From Desulfosudaceae bacterium (lineage in GTDB: Bacteria > Desulfobacterota > Desulfobacteria > Desulfobacterales > Desulfosudaceae): 64,000 nucleotides of DNA. The DNA lies in assembly GCA_963674745.2 (NCBI GenBank), contig CAXXDV010000001.1, forward strand, positions 768,001 through 832,000, given 5' to 3'. Position 1 is the stretch's first letter. Each line of letters opens with the position of its first letter. Under the pieces are notes generated by a model that searched no databases, was not told where the DNA came from, and worked only from the letters and a program-made list of their open reading frames with translations. Shown piece by piece: positions 19,359-29,953 of this stretch. A program made the position numbers and the translations under genes.

Positions 19359-20870
19359 ATGCTTGGGGCTATGGCGGTATTTATGGGTATCTCTAAAATC
19401 CATTTATGGCGAATCGTAAATAAAAGTATAATTCTAATTATTTCTTACCTGCTGGCCGGTCTGTCCATGGTGTTGGCAGAAGATTTTGATAATGACCGTT
19501 CGAGGGAGCGGGAAAATTCCCTATATCCCAGGACCGGCTTGGTTGAACGGCCGGATGATATCGATAAAGAAGAATACAATATTTTCCCTCTTTTGGGCCG
19601 CTCTTTATATTTGAAAGGAGAAGTTCAGTTCGCCTCTGAATTTATGGGCAATTATGCGCTAAAGCCAAAAACCAGGGACCATCTTTTAGAAATCGAGCCG
19701 ACATTGGTTGTGGAATGTTTTTATCCATTATCGGCAAAGGCATCTGTTTATCTGGAAGGGGAGGCCCAGTTCAAGAGCGAGTACGATTCTGAGACAAAAG
19801 ACCGCTATGACCGTTGGATTTTTGAACGTGTCGAAAGCTGGATTTTTGTTGGGGATATTCAGGATTCGGGCCTGAGTATTCAGCTTGGCCGGCAAAATTA
19901 TGAAGACGAACGGCAATGGTGGTGGGACGAACGGCTGGACAGCATCCGGCTGCATTATGATGAAATGGACGTTCATTCAGAAATCGGTATCGCGAGGGAA
20001 CTGGGACCGGAATCAACCGAACATGGACGGATTGAGCCGGAAAAGGAAGACATCTTCCGCGTATTGACGCACACTGCCTGGCGATTGAATGATGCCTTAA
20101 GATTTGATTTATTCGGTCTTTATCAGAACGATTGCTCCAGCCGGCCGGAAGAGCAGGATACCATACAGCCGGACAGAGAAGATGAAAGCGACGCTGACCT
20201 TTTATGGTATGGCGCCAGGTTCTCTGGTGAGGTCGAAGCAGGCAGACTGGGTGATTTTGATTACTGGATCGATACAGCCGGATTGACGGGTAATGAAAAG
20301 CGATTCGAATTTGAGGAAACCGATGATGGCGTCATTGAAGTCACCGGGATTACAGCTTATGACGCTTCAGGCTGGGCGGTTGATGCCGGTATTACCTGGA
20401 AGACCGGCGTGTTGCGTAATATGGAGCTGACACTGGGATATGCCTTGGGTTCAGGCGACAACAATCCCGAAGACAATAAAGATAAATCCTTCCGCCAGAC
20501 CGGGCTGAACGAAGGTGATAACAGGTTTCAATATTACGGAGAAGTATTTAATCCGGAGTTGTCCAATATGCGCATCCAGACAGCTTCCTTAGGTTTCCAC
20601 CTCACGGAAACCTGTGTTATTGATTTGATTTATCACCATTACAGCCAGGTCCATCCGGCTTCTTTTATGCGTGAAAAAGATATAGAAGCGGATCCGCAAG
20701 GTCTTGATGAATCACTGGGAGAAGAGTGGGACCTGGTCGCCAATGCGGAAGCATGGGAAAATATTGAGATCGAAACCAGCGCATCGTTTTTCAGGAGCGG
20801 TGATGCTTTCGGTGATTTTTCCGGTGACACCGCATATCGTTTGAACTTTGAAATAACCTATCAATTTTGA
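19359..20870 (+). CDS. Alginate-export (AlgE)-family outer-membrane beta-barrel
   Basis: GRQ...WWWD, YALGSGD...FRQTGL, YGEVFNPELSN; terminal Phe (ITYQF); start uncertain. Confidence 0.78.
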   Translation: MLGAMAVFMGISKIHLWRIVNKSIILIISYLLAGLSMVLAEDFDNDRSRERENSLYPRTGLVERPDDIDKEEYNIFPLLGRSLYLKGEVQFASEFMGNYALKPKTRDHLLEIEPTLVVECFYPLSAKASVYLEGEAQFKSEYDSETKDRYDRWIFERVESWIFVGDIQDSGLSIQLGRQNYEDERQWWWDERLDSIRLHYDEMDVHSEIGIARELGPESTEHGRIEPEKEDIFRVLTHTAWRLNDALRFDLFGLYQNDCSSRPEEQDTIQPDREDESDADLLWYGARFSGEVEAGRLGDFDYWIDTAGLTGNEKRFEFEETDDGVIEVTGITAYDASGWAVDAGITWKTGVLRNMELTLGYALGSGDNNPEDNKDKSFRQTGLNEGDNRFQYYGEVFNPELSNMRIQTASLGFHLTETCVIDLIYHHYSQVHPASFMREKDIEADPQGLDESLGEEWDLVANAEAWENIEIETSASFFRSGDAFGDFSGDTAYRLNFEITYQF

Positions 20871-21000
20871 TCGATGTTCATTTATTTTTTGACCCTTCAT
20901 CTGCATTTTACATGCAGGATTAACCTCATTTATTGCGACAAATCCTCTGCCCGGTTACCGCAATCGCCCTTATACAAACAAAATGTACAGGATCTCCACC

Positions 21001-21054
21001 ATTACTAAATGGTAATTTTTCAGCAACAATGCCGTCATCTTGAACTTTTATACT
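21001..21054 (+). promoter_or_regulatory. Response-regulator box promoter (site E)
   Basis: ATTACT-AAAT-GGTAAT, AGCAAC (+11), CGTCAT (+22), 10 nt, then TATACT. Confidence 0.7.
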
Positions 21055-21096
21055 GCAGAGTAATATTAAACATCCGAAAAGCTGATGGTGTTATGA

Positions 21097-22917
21097 ATGT
21101 TTGTCACAACCGATAAGTGGCCATCCGGACGACCGGATTTAAAAACCGATATAATTCTGCCTTCCAAACCCCGGCCGGCTTCAGCCGACCGTCCCTTCAT
21201 CAATAAAGCCATCTGCCTGCTGGCCGCACTGGCGGTCTGCTTCACCGGCATTTTAGGCCATGACCTGTGGACCCCGGATGAGCCAAGGGTGGCCGCCATT
21301 GCCCTTGAAATGGCGCAGAACGGTAATTTTGTCGTCCCCCATCTGGCCGGGGTCCCTTTTATTGAAAAACCGCCCCTTTACTTTGCCGCGGCCGCGATGA
21401 TGCTCAAGCTGATCGGGCCGGTGGCCGGACCGGCCGGCGCCATTCGTCTGACATCGGCCTTGTTCGGACTGGGCGTGCTGCTCATGATCTTTCTGATCAC
21501 CCGGCGCCTGTGGGACAACAGCACGGGTTTACTGGCCGCCGCGGTACTGGTCACCATGGAGGGCTTTGTTGAAAAATTTCACTGGATCGTGGTGGACCCG
21601 GCCCTTTCTTTTTTTGTCGTGGCTTTTACCTGGTGCCTGGTCGAGATATATTTTAACAACCGCAAAGTATGGTTACCACTGACCGGTTTTTTTCTGGCTG
21701 GGGCGTTTCTCTCTAAAGGCGCGATCGGACCGGCCCTGGCAGCGATCCCCTGGGCCGGGCTAGCAGCGGTATGGTTTTTAAAAGACAGGAAGCGGAATAA
21801 AGGCACAATCAAAGGGTTTATCACAGCACACCTGTGGCTGCTGCTTGTTTTCGGCATTATTTCCGGGGCCTGGATCGTGCTGCTGTATATCAAAGGCGGA
21901 CCGGCCCTTTGGGATGAATGGTTCTGGGTGAACCAGGTCGGCCGGTTTACCGGCCAGGCCGACAAAGGGCACATCAGACCCGGGCAACCCTTTTATTATG
22001 TGGTCCAAACCATGCGTTACACCATGCCGTGGACACCGCTGGTGCTTTATTGGTTTGTGACAGTCACCAGGCGCCTGATCAAAGAAAAACAGATCACCCG
22101 GGGAAACCTTTTTCTCTATCTCTGGGGCTCGGTATCAATCTTGTTGTTAAGCTGTGCGGCCACCAAACGGGGGCTTTACCTGTTACCGGTTATGCCGGTT
22201 TTTGCCATCATGACCGCCACCAGCCTGCAACAGGTTACTTCAGCCTGGTTTAAATGGTATTCCCGATTTTGGGTGTCCATATGCCTGACCGTTATTGCGC
22301 TTATTGTCATTTTACCGCTGGCACCGATTCCCTTGCCGGATGTGATCCCCGTCCAGATGAAAACCGTTCTGACTGATTTTAGTCATCACCAGTTTATCGC
22401 AGGGCTCATGCTGGCGGTATGTCTGGTGGCTTTATTCCGCTTTCGCGGGATTATCCCCCGGGAATATCTCATGATCCTGGCCACCACCGGACTGCTGGTC
22501 AGTTATATGGGTGCACCGGTTCAGGCCATTGATCGGCGGGAAAGCATGGCCGCGGATGTCCGCCGGTTTGTATCCCAGATACCGGAAGCCGGTCGCGGAC
22601 GGATCGCCGGCGTCAACTTCAGCGAAACCATGCGCGGCGCATTTTCCTTTTATACAGACTGGCAGGTTCCCCAGGTAACGGACGAAGCCCGGATCAAACG
22701 CATTCTCACCGGACAGGATAAAATCTATGACAGCCTGCTGGTTAATCACCGGGATAAACACGACAGGCTTCATGCCGAAACCGACCTGGCCCCCTGCCCC
22801 TATCTGATCCTTTCCGAAATGGTCACCGGCGATCATCGTCATAGAAGAATCTTCTGGATCAAAGGCAAAAACATCGTGTTAACCGAAAATATGATGCGGC
22901 ATCCGAAAGGCTTTTGA
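21097..22917 (+). CDS. ArnT-family (GT-C fold) glycosyltransferase, paralog 1
   Basis: LWTPDEPRVA, EKPPLYF, FLSKG, KRGLYLLP; polytopic membrane protein. Confidence 0.88.
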   Translation: MFVTTDKWPSGRPDLKTDIILPSKPRPASADRPFINKAICLLAALAVCFTGILGHDLWTPDEPRVAAIALEMAQNGNFVVPHLAGVPFIEKPPLYFAAAAMMLKLIGPVAGPAGAIRLTSALFGLGVLLMIFLITRRLWDNSTGLLAAAVLVTMEGFVEKFHWIVVDPALSFFVVAFTWCLVEIYFNNRKVWLPLTGFFLAGAFLSKGAIGPALAAIPWAGLAAVWFLKDRKRNKGTIKGFITAHLWLLLVFGIISGAWIVLLYIKGGPALWDEWFWVNQVGRFTGQADKGHIRPGQPFYYVVQTMRYTMPWTPLVLYWFVTVTRRLIKEKQITRGNLFLYLWGSVSILLLSCAATKRGLYLLPVMPVFAIMTATSLQQVTSAWFKWYSRFWVSICLTVIALIVILPLAPIPLPDVIPVQMKTVLTDFSHHQFIAGLMLAVCLVALFRFRGIIPREYLMILATTGLLVSYMGAPVQAIDRRESMAADVRRFVSQIPEAGRGRIAGVNFSETMRGAFSFYTDWQVPQVTDEARIKRILTGQDKIYDSLLVNHRDKHDRLHAETDLAPCPYLILSEMVTGDHRHRRIFWIKGKNIVLTENMMRHPKGF

Positions 22918-22944
22918 AGGTTTCTCAGCAGATTCATGGCTATC

Positions 22945-22999
22945 ATTACCAAATGGTAATGTTCCGGCAATCATCCAATAATCCTTCAATTTATATTAT
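22945..22999 (+). promoter_or_regulatory. Response-regulator box promoter (site F; arn operon)
   Basis: Perfect arms ATTACC-AAAT-GGTAAT, GGCAAT (+11), AATAAT (+22), then TATATT/TATTAT 9-11 nt on. Confidence 0.72.
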
Positions 23000-23067
23000 T
23001 TATCAATTTAAGCAATTATAGAATAAATCCAAAGAAACGGACGCAAAGGCCGATCGTATTAACAGTA

Positions 23068-24897
23068 ATGATTATTGCCAACCCTAAAGTTACTGCCGGA
23101 CAACCGTCCGAAACAAGCCGCATACTGCCAACTTTTGCAAAGCATCGGTCCATTAACGACCTTATCTGTCTGTTGGCGGTGCTGGCGATAGGATTCACAG
23201 GTATCTTGGGCCATGATCTGTGGACCCCGGATGAGCACAGGGTAGCCGCCATTGTCCTTGAAATGGCACAAACCGGAAATTTTGTCATCCCGCATCTGGC
23301 CGGGGTGCCGTTCATTGAAAAACCGCCCCTCTACTTTGCTGTTGCGGCCATAATGCTCAAGGTTATGGGACCGCTGATCGGACCGGTCGGCGCCATCCGC
23401 CTGACGTCGGCCTTGTTCGGGCTGGGCGTGCTGCTCATGACCTTTCTGATTACCCGGCGCTTATGGGGAAATAAAACCGGGGTCCTGGCCGTTGCGGTGC
23501 TGGCCACCATGGAAGGCTTTGTTGAAAATTTTCACTGGATCGTGGTCGATCCGGCCCTGGCCTTTTTTGTCGTCGCCTTTGTCTGGTGCCTGGTCGAAAT
23601 ATATTTTAACAACCGCCGATTTTGGTTTCCACTGGCCGGATTTTTTCTGGCCGGGGCGTTTCTTTCTAAAGGCGCGATCGGACCGGCCCTGGCGTTCATC
23701 CCCTGGCTGGGCCTGATGGTTATCTGGTTCTTTGAAAAACGTGAACAGAGGGATCTGAGCAAGGGCTTCGTTACCGCGCACCTGTGGCTCCTTCTGGTTT
23801 TTGTGATCATGACCGGACTCTGGATCGTGTTGTTATATATTAAAGGCGGCCCCCGGCTCTGGAATGAATGGTTCTGGGTGAACCAGGTCGGTCGTTTTAC
23901 CGGCCAGGCCGCGAAAGGTCACATCAAACCCGGACAACCGCTTTATTACGTGCTTCAGGCAATCGGTTACGGCCTGCCGTGGACGCCGCTGTTTTTATAC
24001 TGGCTGGGAACGACGGTTATCGGTTCCGCAAAAAAAAAGTTTTCCAATGATGAAGGGAAAAATCTGTTCCTCTGGATCTGGGGAATCGGCTCAATCGTGC
24101 TATTAACCATTCCCGCCACCAAACGGGGACTTTATATGCTACCGGTCCTGCCCGCTTTTGCCATTATGGTGGCCGTCAGCCTTATAGAACAAAAAACCGC
24201 TTCATGGTTCAAGTGGTATGCCGGATTCTGGACTACAATTTGTTTGGTCATTATGGCGGCCGTACTCATTATACCGCTGACGCCCGGTTTCCTTCCGAAT
24301 TCAATACCGGAAGAGGTGAAAGCGGTTTTGGTTGATTTTAATCATTATCATGTTATTATATTGATCTGGCTGGCAATCTGCATGGTGGCCATTATCCGGT
24401 TTCGCGACATTATCTCCAAAGAATACATGATGGTCCTGACAACGACCGGCCTGCTGGTGGTCCTTCTGGGCGTACCGATCCAGGCCATCGATCAAAAGGA
24501 AAGCATGGGCGCTGATGTGCGCCGGTTTGTGTCCCGGGTGCCGGAATCGCAACGCGATCGGATCGCCGGCTTCGGGTACACCTCAGCCAGGCAATTCTCC
24601 GAAACCATGTTGGGGGCATTTTATTTTTATACCGGTTGGAAGGTCCCCCAGATTGGTGATGAACAGCGCATACAGCAGATTCTCGCCGGACAGGACAAAG
24701 ACTATGACAGCCTGTTGGTCAATCGTCGGGACAAGCACGGCGACCTGCAGCCCGAAACCGACCTGGCGGACGTTCCCTATGAAATCCTTTCCGAAATGGT
24801 CACCGGCGACGAACAGAACCGAAAAGTATTCTGGATCAGGGGCGCAGGTAGCCGCCATATCCAGAAGGGACCAGTGATAAACCGAAAGGAAAACTGA
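23068..24897 (+). CDS. ArnT-family glycosyltransferase, paralog 2
   Basis: Tandem paralog of 21097-22917 ([17 protein letters not shown]); TGATG overlap with arnB. Confidence 0.88.
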   Translation: MIIANPKVTAGQPSETSRILPTFAKHRSINDLICLLAVLAIGFTGILGHDLWTPDEHRVAAIVLEMAQTGNFVIPHLAGVPFIEKPPLYFAVAAIMLKVMGPLIGPVGAIRLTSALFGLGVLLMTFLITRRLWGNKTGVLAVAVLATMEGFVENFHWIVVDPALAFFVVAFVWCLVEIYFNNRRFWFPLAGFFLAGAFLSKGAIGPALAFIPWLGLMVIWFFEKREQRDLSKGFVTAHLWLLLVFVIMTGLWIVLLYIKGGPRLWNEWFWVNQVGRFTGQAAKGHIKPGQPLYYVLQAIGYGLPWTPLFLYWLGTTVIGSAKKKFSNDEGKNLFLWIWGIGSIVLLTIPATKRGLYMLPVLPAFAIMVAVSLIEQKTASWFKWYAGFWTTICLVIMAAVLIIPLTPGFLPNSIPEEVKAVLVDFNHYHVIILIWLAICMVAIIRFRDIISKEYMMVLTTTGLLVVLLGVPIQAIDQKESMGADVRRFVSRVPESQRDRIAGFGYTSARQFSETMLGAFYFYTGWKVPQIGDEQRIQQILAGQDKDYDSLLVNRRDKHGDLQPETDLADVPYEILSEMVTGDEQNRKVFWIRGAGSRHIQKGPVINRKEN

Positions 24898-26048
24898 TGC
24901 GACAAACCTTTTTACCCTTCTCGCTGCCGTCCATCGGAGAAGACGAAATCGCCGCCGTAACCGAGGTGATGCGTTCCGGATGGATTACCACCGGCCCGAA
25001 AAACAGTGAGTTTGAGCAACAGTTCAGTGAATATACTGGCGCATCCCATACGGTCGCCCTGAGCTCGGCCACCGCAGGCATGCACCTGCTGTTAAAAGCC
25101 TTAGGCATCAAGCCCGGTGACGAGGTCATCACCCCGTCCATGACCTGGGTCTCAACCGTCAACCTGATCGTGCTGGCCGGCGCGACCCCGGTTTTCGCGG
25201 ATATTGACCGGGACACGCTGATGGTGACGCCGGATACAATAGCGCCCTGCCTGAGCAGCCGCACCCGGCTGATCCTTCCGGTCCACTTTGCCGGCGCATG
25301 TGCGGATCTGACCGGTTTGCGGAAACAGGCCGAAGATGCCGGTGTTCCCATGATTGAAGACGCCGCTCATGCCGTGGGCACGGAATACAGAGGTGAAAAG
25401 ATCGGTTGCCGGGGCACGTCCATATTTTCTTTCCACCCCATTAAAAATATCACCACCGGTGAGGGCGGCATGGTCTGTTCCGACGATCCCGACCTGGTCG
25501 AAGCCATCCGCCGGTTAAAGTTTCATGGGCTGGGCAAGGATGCCTATGACCGCAGCAGCCAGGGACGGTCACCTCAGGCGGAGGTACTGGAGCCGGGTTA
25601 TAAATACAATATGCCGGACATGCTGGCGGCCCTGGGTATTGTCCAGTTGAAAAAAATCGACGTTTTTAACCGCAAACGTGCTGAACTGGCCGGCCACTAC
25701 CTGGATCTGTTAAGCGACGTGGATGAGATTGTTCCGCTGTCCATACCACCGGCCGACTGCAAACATGCCTGGCACCTGTTTATTGTGCGACTTGACGCGG
25801 ACAAGGCCGCCCTGAACCGGGATGAGTTCATGGAGGCCCTGAAACAACGAAACATCGGCACCGGCCTGCATTTCCGTGCGGTACATCAACAGAAATTCTA
25901 TCGGGAAACCATGCCGTACCTGTCCGGCACGCTTCCCAACACCGAATGGAACTCGGACAGGATCTGCTCTTTGCCCCTGTTTCCGGATATGGAAGCCGAC
26001 GATGTCAGGGATGTGGTTACAGCCATCAAGGAAATTTTATCAAAATGA
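24897..26048 (+). CDS. arnB: UDP-4-amino-4-deoxy-L-arabinose aminotransferase
   Basis: [43 protein letters not shown]; operon position. Confidence 0.93.
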   Translation: MRQTFLPFSLPSIGEDEIAAVTEVMRSGWITTGPKNSEFEQQFSEYTGASHTVALSSATAGMHLLLKALGIKPGDEVITPSMTWVSTVNLIVLAGATPVFADIDRDTLMVTPDTIAPCLSSRTRLILPVHFAGACADLTGLRKQAEDAGVPMIEDAAHAVGTEYRGEKIGCRGTSIFSFHPIKNITTGEGGMVCSDDPDLVEAIRRLKFHGLGKDAYDRSSQGRSPQAEVLEPGYKYNMPDMLAALGIVQLKKIDVFNRKRAELAGHYLDLLSDVDEIVPLSIPPADCKHAWHLFIVRLDADKAALNRDEFMEALKQRNIGTGLHFRAVHQQKFYRETMPYLSGTLPNTEWNSDRICSLPLFPDMEADDVRDVVTAIKEILSK

Positions 26049-26989
26049 ATGAAAACTGTCTGATATCGATTGTTATCCCCGTATTTAACGAGGAGGATAA
26101 CCTGGATGAATTAATACGGCGCTGTCTTTCCGTCTGCCGCGGCCACAAGAACCCTTTCGAGGTTATTCTGGTCGACGACGGCAGCACTGACCGGTCCGCG
26201 CAAATGATTGAACGGGCGGCCCTTACAAACCCGGAACTAACCGGTATTCTTCTGAACCGGAACTATGGGCAGCATTCCGCGGTTATGGCGGGTTTTGAAG
26301 CGTCCCGGGGAGAAATTGTCGTTACCCTGGATGCCGATCTTCAGAACCCGCCCGAGGAGATCCCCCGGCTCATTGAGACCATGGCCGAAGGATACGACGT
26401 GGTCGGCAGCGTCCGGATGAACCGACGTGATCCGATCTTTAGAAAAATCGCCTCATTTGCGGTGAACAAATACGTTCAAAGAGTCACCGGCGTCATGATG
26501 AAGGATTACGGCTGCATGCTGAGGGCCTATCGCCGGCACATTATTGACGCGGTTTTAAACTGCCCGGAACGCAGTACTTTTATTCCGATCCTGGCCAACA
26601 GCTTTGCCCGGTCAAGCACGGAAGTAAACGTCAGCCACGATGAACGACATAATGGTGACTCAAAATACGGCTTTTATGAACTGATATCTCTGCAGTTTGA
26701 CCTGCTGACCTGCATGACCGCCTTTCCCCTGCGACTGTTCAGTATCCTGGGCGCCCTGGCCTGTTTTGCCGGAACCGGTTTCGGTATTTTTCTTATGGTC
26801 ATGCGCCTCATATTCGGGGCTACATGGGCTGCGGAGGGGGTGTTTACGCTGTTTGCCATTCTGTTTGTCTTTGTCGGAGTGCAATTTCTGGCCTTCGGAT
26901 TGATCGGCGAATACATCGGTCGCATTTACAACGATGTCCGGGCCAGGCCCCGGTATTACGTACAGAAAACTGTCGGAAACCACCCTTAA
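26045..26989 (+). CDS. arnC: Undecaprenyl-phosphate L-Ara4FN transferase (GT2)
   Basis: [45 protein letters not shown] overlap with arnB. Confidence 0.93.
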   Translation: MNENCLISIVIPVFNEEDNLDELIRRCLSVCRGHKNPFEVILVDDGSTDRSAQMIERAALTNPELTGILLNRNYGQHSAVMAGFEASRGEIVVTLDADLQNPPEEIPRLIETMAEGYDVVGSVRMNRRDPIFRKIASFAVNKYVQRVTGVMMKDYGCMLRAYRRHIIDAVLNCPERSTFIPILANSFARSSTEVNVSHDERHNGDSKYGFYELISLQFDLLTCMTAFPLRLFSILGALACFAGTGFGIFLMVMRLIFGATWAAEGVFTLFAILFVFVGVQFLAFGLIGEYIGRIYNDVRARPRYYVQKTVGNHP

Positions 26990-27004
26990 GAAAGGAAAAC
27001 ATCT

Positions 27005-29074
27005 ATGAAAACAATCGTTTTTGCATATCATAACATCGGTTGCGAAGGAATCCGGGCGCTCTTGCGCAACGGATTTGAAATTGCGGCTATCATTACCCAT
27101 ACGGATGATCCATCCGAGGCGACCTGGTTTGATTCCGTAGCGGAACTGGCGGTTGAGCAAGACATACCCGTTTATGCGCCGGAAGATGTCAACCACCCCA
27201 TTTGGGTGAACAGAATACGGTCTCTGGCCCCGGACATTATTTTTTCGTTTTATTATCGAAACATGCTGGGTCGGGAAATCCTTGACATCCCGGGCCAGGG
27301 CGCACTGAACCTGCATGGTTCCCTGCTGCCCGCCTACCGGGGGCGATGCCCGGTCAACTGGGTCCTGATTAACGGTGAAAAAAAAACCGGTATTACCCTG
27401 CATTACATGACATCCGCACCTGATGCCGGTGATATCGTGGCCCAGGAAGAAATTGCGATAACGCAGGAGGACACGGCCCACACCTTGTACGGCAAGCTGG
27501 TGCCGGCCGCATCCAGGCTGCTGGACAAATATCTTCCGCTCATTAAAGCCGGATCGGCGCCGCGTGTCCCTCAAAATTCTCTGCAGGCCTCTTATTTCGG
27601 CGGCCGGCGACCCGAAGACGGAGAAATTAACTGGAGCTTGTCGGCCGAATCGGTCCGCAACCTGGTCCGGGCCGTCACCCGGCCTTATCCCGGGGCATTT
27701 TCCCATACCGGCGACCGCAAGATCCTGTTCTGGAAAGCAACCTGTGTTCCATGCAGACAAAAGGCCGTTGCGCCGGGTACCGTCCTGTCGACCGTGCCCC
27801 TGGTCATCGCCTGCGGCAAGGACGCCGTCCAGATCGATTCCGGGCAGACCGAACCCGGTGTCCCCGTAACCGGCCCGCAACTGGCGGACGAACTTAAACT
27901 TGTTACCGGGCTGACGTTCGGGCCGGCAGTGGGCCCGGCCTTGGAGCAGAACAGAAAAAAACAAGTACTGATACTGGGGGTAAACGGATTTATCGGTAAC
28001 GCCCTGACCGAAAGGCTGCTTGACGGCGGCCGTTACGAGGTCCACGGTATGGATATTCACTCGGACAGTATCGGCCGGTTTAAAGGAAAACCGGGTTTTA
28101 CTTTTCATGAAGGCGATATTGCCATCCATCGGGAATGGATCGAATACCATATCAAAAAATGCGACATCATCCTGCCGCTGGTGGCCATTGCCACACCGGC
28201 CGAATACACCCGCAATCCCCTGACCGTTTTCGAGCTTGATTTTGAAGAAAACCTGCGCATTGTTCGTTACTGTGCAAAGTATGGCAAACGCATTCTTTTC
28301 CCCTCCACTTCCGAAGTATACGGCATGTGCGATGACGGGACATTTAACGAGGAATCATCAAACCTGGTGCTGGGACCGATCAATAAACAGCGTTGGATTT
28401 ATTCCTGCAGCAAGCAGCTCCTGGACAGGGTGATTTACGCTTATGGACAGAAGCAGGGCCTGAAATTCACTCTTTTCAGGCCGTTCAACTGGATCGGACC
28501 GCGGCTGGACAGCCTGTCATCAGCCCGAATCGGGAGTTCCCGGGCGATCACCCAGCTGATTCTCAACCTGGTCGAAGGCACGCCGATTCAGCTGGTGGAC
28601 GGCGGCCGGCAACAGCGCTGTTTTACCGACATATCGGACGGGGTTGAATGCCTCTACAGAATTATAGAAAATCATGGCAGCCGTTGCGACGGGCAGATCA
28701 TCAACATCGGCAATCCGGACAACGAAGCCAGTATCAAAGAACTGGCCGAGATGCTGGTGGAGGCCTTCGACCATCACCCGTTGCGCTCACAGTTCCCACC
28801 GTTCGCCGGCATGCGGGAAGTGGAAAGCGGAACCTTTTACGGTCAGGGCTACCAGGATGTTCAGCACCGCAAACCGAGTATCGGCAATGCCCGCCGCCTG
28901 CTGGGCTGGGAACCGACGGTTCCCCTGGCGCAATCAATTAAAGAAACCCTTGATTTCTTTCTCCGGCAGACGGTAGGAGTATCTTTGAACAGACCAGATA
29001 GGGATATGCAAGATTTAAGCTTGAAGGAAATCCCCCGGGAGACTATTTATTATGGAACTCGGACTCAGGGTTGA
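27005..29074 (+). CDS. arnA: Bifunctional UDP-L-Ara4N formyltransferase / UDP-GlcA decarboxylase
   Basis: [52 protein letters not shown]. Confidence 0.97.
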   Translation: MKTIVFAYHNIGCEGIRALLRNGFEIAAIITHTDDPSEATWFDSVAELAVEQDIPVYAPEDVNHPIWVNRIRSLAPDIIFSFYYRNMLGREILDIPGQGALNLHGSLLPAYRGRCPVNWVLINGEKKTGITLHYMTSAPDAGDIVAQEEIAITQEDTAHTLYGKLVPAASRLLDKYLPLIKAGSAPRVPQNSLQASYFGGRRPEDGEINWSLSAESVRNLVRAVTRPYPGAFSHTGDRKILFWKATCVPCRQKAVAPGTVLSTVPLVIACGKDAVQIDSGQTEPGVPVTGPQLADELKLVTGLTFGPAVGPALEQNRKKQVLILGVNGFIGNALTERLLDGGRYEVHGMDIHSDSIGRFKGKPGFTFHEGDIAIHREWIEYHIKKCDIILPLVAIATPAEYTRNPLTVFELDFEENLRIVRYCAKYGKRILFPSTSEVYGMCDDGTFNEESSNLVLGPINKQRWIYSCSKQLLDRVIYAYGQKQGLKFTLFRPFNWIGPRLDSLSSARIGSSRAITQLILNLVEGTPIQLVDGGRQQRCFTDISDGVECLYRIIENHGSRCDGQIINIGNPDNEASIKELAEMLVEAFDHHPLRSQFPPFAGMREVESGTFYGQGYQDVQHRKPSIGNARRLLGWEPTVPLAQSIKETLDFFLRQTVGVSLNRPDRDMQDLSLKEIPRETIYYGTRTQG

Positions 29075-29939
29075 TGTAGATACATACCGCGGCACCCGGA
29101 CAGGCGTCCCCAATCTGCGAAAAATCTTTTACGATAACGCCATAACCGCATCCTTCTTTTTTTCCATGGGGCCGGATAATATGGGCCGCCATTTATGGCG
29201 ACTGTTGAGGCCGGCTTTCCTGAAAAAAATGATGCGTTCAAACGCGCCCGGGCTTTATGGCTGGGATATTCTACTGCGGGGAACGATCTGGCCGGGACCG
29301 GTTATCGGCCGTGAAGCCGGACAGGTTATACGGGCGGTTGCCGCCGACGGTCATGAGACAGGACTTCATGCCTGGGACCACCACCGTTGGCAGGTGAAAG
29401 CGCTCCTTATGGATGACGAGATGGTATATCACGACATTGAAGCCGGCTTTAATTTATTCGCCGACATTGTCGGCCGGCCGCCGTCATGCTCGGCCGCGCC
29501 TGGATGGATATGCAACAACACCATACTGAAACAAAAAGACCTGTTTCCATTTACCTATAATTCCGATTGTCGGGGAACAGACGTTTTTCTTCCACTTGTT
29601 GAAGGAAGGTCATTAACCGTCCCCCAGATACCGGTGACGTTACCGACTTATGACGAAATTATCGGCAGCCGTGGGATTACCGCTGAAAGCTACAACGATC
29701 ATCTTCTTTCCCTGATACAGCCTGACCGACTGAACGTACTGACCGTTCATGCCGAAGTGGAAGGCATTATCTGCCGGGAGTTGTTTGTTGATTTTCTTGA
29801 AAGATGCCGACAAAAGGAAATTTCCATTGTCCCCCTCGGGCGCCTGTTAAAAGAGGATGAACCGCTACCCGGTGCAACTGTTCGCCTGGGAGAAATTGGT
29901 GGCCGTCAGGGGCTTGTTTGCATGCAAAATAAGAATTAA
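29052..29939 (+). CDS. arnD: Undecaprenyl-phosphate-L-Ara4FN deformylase
   Basis: [41 protein letters not shown]. Confidence 0.95.
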   Translation: MELGLRVDVDTYRGTRTGVPNLRKIFYDNAITASFFFSMGPDNMGRHLWRLLRPAFLKKMMRSNAPGLYGWDILLRGTIWPGPVIGREAGQVIRAVAADGHETGLHAWDHHRWQVKALLMDDEMVYHDIEAGFNLFADIVGRPPSCSAAPGWICNNTILKQKDLFPFTYNSDCRGTDVFLPLVEGRSLTVPQIPVTLPTYDEIIGSRGITAESYNDHLLSLIQPDRLNVLTVHAEVEGIICRELFVDFLERCRQKEISIVPLGRLLKEDEPLPGATVRLGEIGGRQGLVCMQNKN

Positions 29940-29953
29940 CACATAAAAAATGA

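Noticed and set aside
26660..28150. 496-aa ORF on the minus strand
   Set aside because: Antisense to arnC/arnA, which have clear motifs; no recognisable domain; typical shadow ORF
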